24,000 nucleotides of DNA from Stellaceae bacterium (GTDB lineage Bacteria > Pseudomonadota > Alphaproteobacteria > ATCC43930 > CGMCC-115725), in the NCBI GenBank assembly GCA_035491935.1, contig DATJJW010000061.1, positions 1-24,000 on the forward strand. Direction: 5' to 3'. Below the pieces are notes generated by a model. It made no database searches and was not told where the DNA came from. It was given only the letters and a program-made list of their open reading frames with translations. Below are positions 21,780 to 24,000 of this stretch, piece after piece. Each line of letters starts with the position of its first letter. Position 1 is the first letter of the stretch. Made by a program: the position numbers and the translations under genes.

Positions 21780-23534
21780 TTACCGCTCGAAATGGGTGGC
21801 CGAGCGACCGAAAAGCCGGCGCACGATGATGATGACCGTCAGCGACACCGCGACCAAGGTCAGCGACAGCACCGCGACCGAGGAGAAATCGGCTTCCTGC
21901 CACCGCTCGACCAGGCTGACCGAGATGGTCTCGGTGCCGGGCACGAACAGGAAGATCGATGCGGAGAGCTCGCGGATCATCGACACGAACATGAGCATCC
22001 AACCGGCCAGCACGCCGGAGCGGACCAGCGGAAACAGCACGTCACGGAAGCTGGCGATCTCGTTGGCGCCGCAAACGGAGGCCGCGCGCTCGAATTCGAC
22101 GCTGACCTGCCGCACGGAGCTCCCGATCGTCCGCACGCCATAGGGGATGTAATGCGTCATATAGGCGAGGAGCAGGATCCAGAGCGTGCCATAGAGCTGG
22201 AAGGGCGGATGGATATAGGCCCAGAGCATGGCGACGGCCATGACCGGGCCGGGCATCATCAGCGGGATCGAGGTGAGGATGTCGAGCACCTGGCCCGCAA
22301 AGGCCCGGGCGCGCACGATGACGAAGCTGACCAACAGGGTCAGCAACGTGGCGAGCGTGGCGCCGCCCAGGGCCAGGATGAGGCTGTGGGTGAAGCCCGA
22401 CGCCGCGTCGAGATCGGGCGAGAAGGTGGCCGCAAAGTGGCGCAGGGTCAGATTGGCGAGGCTGGGCGTCTCACCCCAGCGGCGGATGAACGCCGCGTAG
22501 ATCAGCACGGCATAGGGCAGCACCACCGCCAACAGAATGTAGGTCAGGGCATAGGCGAGCGTGACGTAGCGCCAGATGCCCAGCTTCATCCGGCGCGGCG
22601 GGTGGCCCTTGCCGGAGATGGTGGTGAATTTCTGCCGTCCGCCCAGCAGCCGCGCCTGCAGCCACAACCCGATGCCGGTCGCCGCCATGATGAAGCTGGC
22701 CAGCAATGCGGCGATCTCGTAGCGCGGCGGCGTATAGCTGATCGCCTGATAGAAGATGTAGGTCGTGATCGTGTAGATGCCGGATGGCGTGCCGAGGATG
22801 CCGGGAATGGCGAATTCCTCCAGCGCCCGCGTGAACACCAGGATCGCCGCCGAGAGGATGCCGGGCATGCAGATCGGCAGCACGATATGGCGCATGGTGC
22901 GCCAGATGCCGCCGCCGGCGATCAGCGACGCTTCCTCCAGGCTGGCATCCATCCTGTCCATGACCGCCTTGACCGTCAGGAAGACGTAAGGGCTGAGATA
23001 GAGCCCCATGACGAAGATCAGCCCGGGCATCGAATAGATGTTCGTGACCGGCCCATGGGCGCCCAGATAGCGGGCGACCTCGTTGATCACGCCGGTACGG
23101 GGTGCTGCCAGCAGCGACCAGGCGACGGCGCCGATCAGCGGCGGCGTGATGAAGGGCAGCAGGGCGGCCAGCTCGATCACGCCGCGCAGGGGCGTATTGG
23201 TCCGCGAGGTGATCCAGACCAGGGGCATCGCGATCAGGAAGGCGGCCGGCACCGTGCCGATCATGATGATCAGCGTGTTCCAGAAGGCACGGGCCAGGCC
23301 CGGCATGTGCCAGAATTCATTCAACGCCTGGGCGAAACCGCCCTGGCCGTAGATGAAGGCGCCATAGAACAGCCAGAACACCGGGTAGAGGACGAGGAAG
23401 CTCGTGGTCAGCACGGCGACGGTGATGATCAGGGTTGCCGGATCGCGCAGCTTCCCGACCGTCCGCAGCAGCCAAGGTTTCACCTTGGGCGCCGTCGCGT
23501 TGGGCGTGAGGGCGGCGGCCATGATGCGATTCAT
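21780..23534 (-). CDS. ABC transporter permease, fused two-domain type (iron(III)/polyamine-like importer)
   Basis: About 584 aa with two repeated binding-protein-dependent permease modules (EEASLIAGGGIWRTMRHIVLP and ERAASVCGANEIASFRDVLFP loops). The ATG at 23534 overlaps the ATPase stop (ATGA). The ORF-track start at 23567 is less likely. Confidence 0.8.
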   Translation of the reverse strand: MNRIMAAALTPNATAPKVKPWLLRTVGKLRDPATLIITVAVLTTSFLVLYPVFWLFYGAFIYGQGGFAQALNEFWHMPGLARAFWNTLIIMIGTVPAAFLIAMPLVWITSRTNTPLRGVIELAALLPFITPPLIGAVAWSLLAAPRTGVINEVARYLGAHGPVTNIYSMPGLIFVMGLYLSPYVFLTVKAVMDRMDASLEEASLIAGGGIWRTMRHIVLPICMPGILSAAILVFTRALEEFAIPGILGTPSGIYTITTYIFYQAISYTPPRYEIAALLASFIMAATGIGLWLQARLLGGRQKFTTISGKGHPPRRMKLGIWRYVTLAYALTYILLAVVLPYAVLIYAAFIRRWGETPSLANLTLRHFAATFSPDLDAASGFTHSLILALGGATLATLLTLLVSFVIVRARAFAGQVLDILTSIPLMMPGPVMAVAMLWAYIHPPFQLYGTLWILLLAYMTHYIPYGVRTIGSSVRQVSVEFERAASVCGANEIASFRDVLFPLVRSGVLAGWMLMFVSMIRELSASIFLFVPGTETISVSLVERWQEADFSSVAVLSLTLVAVSLTVIIIVRRLFGRSATHFER

Positions 23535-24000
23535 TGCATCGTCCCGCGGCGTGGCGTCGTCTCGCAACTGGGTATCGCTTCACCGCTGGGCAGCGTCTCG
23601 TGGCCGGCGATGAAATAGCAATGCTCGGGATCGAATTCGATCGCGACCGTATCGCCGACGGCGAAGGGGTGCAGCGCCGGCTGATGGGCCTCCAGGCGCC
23701 GGCCGTCGCCCAGCCTCAGCTCGTAATGGCAGGTTTCGCCAAGATAGGTCGCGATGCTGACATGGGCGGAGAGCGTTCCTTCCGGTGTCCGGCCATCCCG
23801 CCACGGCGCCAGACGGATGCCCTCGGGGCGGATCGACAACGATCCGACCGCGCCCGCGGCATATCCCGGCGCTCGGCAGCATATCGTCGCGATGATGCCC
23901 GCCACCTGGACCCGCGGATGAGGCGAGCCGTCGATCAGGGCCGCATTCAGCAGGTTGGTCTTGCCGATGAAGCTCGCGACGCGGATATCCGCCGGCTCTT
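23531..24000 (-). CDS. ABC transporter ATP-binding protein, C-terminal part (TOBE-like domain; 5' end outside the window)
   Basis: The minus-strand frame is open to the window edge (...ADIRVASFIGKTNLLNAALIDG...). The FIGxxNLL junction plus a beta-rich C-terminal regulatory domain are typical of PotA/FbpC-type ATPases. Confidence 0.7.
   Translation of the reverse strand, partial: EPADIRVASFIGKTNLLNAALIDGSPHPRVQVAGIIATICCRAPGYAAGAVGSLSIRPEGIRLAPWRDGRTPEGTLSAHVSIATYLGETCHYELRLGDGRRLEAHQPALHPFAVGDTVAIEFDPEHCYFIAGHETLPSGEAIPSCETTPRRGTMQ

Noticed and set aside
20676-23618. 980-aa + strand ORF, plus the 661-aa - strand ORF at 20017-22002
   Set aside because: Both are antisense or off-frame shadows over the MFS and ABC permease genes. 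They are extremely Arg/Gly/Asp/His-rich with no domain signatures, while the true frames give clean TM-helix proteins.
1-24000. CRISPR arrays, tRNA/rRNA genes, toxin-antitoxin or obvious phage-defence modules
   Set aside because: I scanned for regularly spaced direct repeats, cloverleaf-like GC-rich short genes and small paired ORFs, and found none supported by the sequence.

Overview
High-GC (roughly 65%) proteobacterial chromosomal window. Gene content suggests an alphaproteobacterium, but that is inference only. No rRNA, tRNA, CRISPR array, transposase or integrase was seen. Most of the window is ordinary metabolism and transport. On the + strand: an EEP-family nuclease/phosphatase fragment, a small Gly/Tyr-repeat lipoprotein, a DUF3311 + sodium:solute symporter pair, a LysR regulator (on the - strand) divergent from a ketopantoate-reductase-like / enolase-superfamily / PhyH-like oxygenase set, and a Cache-type MCP. 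On the - strand: two tandem MmgE/PrpD paralogues, an ACS-type MFS transporter, and a two-domain ABC permease + ATPase. The stand-out region is about 3.2-10.5 kb (possibly to 11.3 kb). It starts with a sigma-54 enhancer-binding protein that has no sensory or receiver domain. A near-consensus -24/-12 promoter (TGGCAT-N5-TTGCT) follows, then a tightly packed + strand operon. The operon encodes: (i) a 351-aa secreted Asn/Gln/Gly/Ser/Ala-rich protein with four ~70-90-aa imperfect repeats, each ending in a (V/I)xQNAGANSLLQN core; (ii) a 106-aa secreted single-repeat paralogue; (iii) a periplasmic stand-alone C39 cysteine peptidase; (iv) a 252-aa secreted protein with an xAPxQ pentapeptide array, an internal double-glycine-leader-like motif and a degenerate copy of the QN core; (v) two small exported accessory proteins; (vi) an outer-membrane beta-barrel with an N-terminal heptad coiled coil; and (vii) an orphan receiver domain. 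The combination of repeat subunits, a C39 peptidase and a coiled-coil barrel resembles the Pseudomonas fapA-F functional-amyloid operon. The repeat motif, the CxC motifs, the shared C-terminal His, the sigma-54 control and the extra genes differ from it. I read this as a candidate undescribed Fap-like extracellular fibre/amyloid system. All family calls come from motif recognition by eye; no database search was possible.
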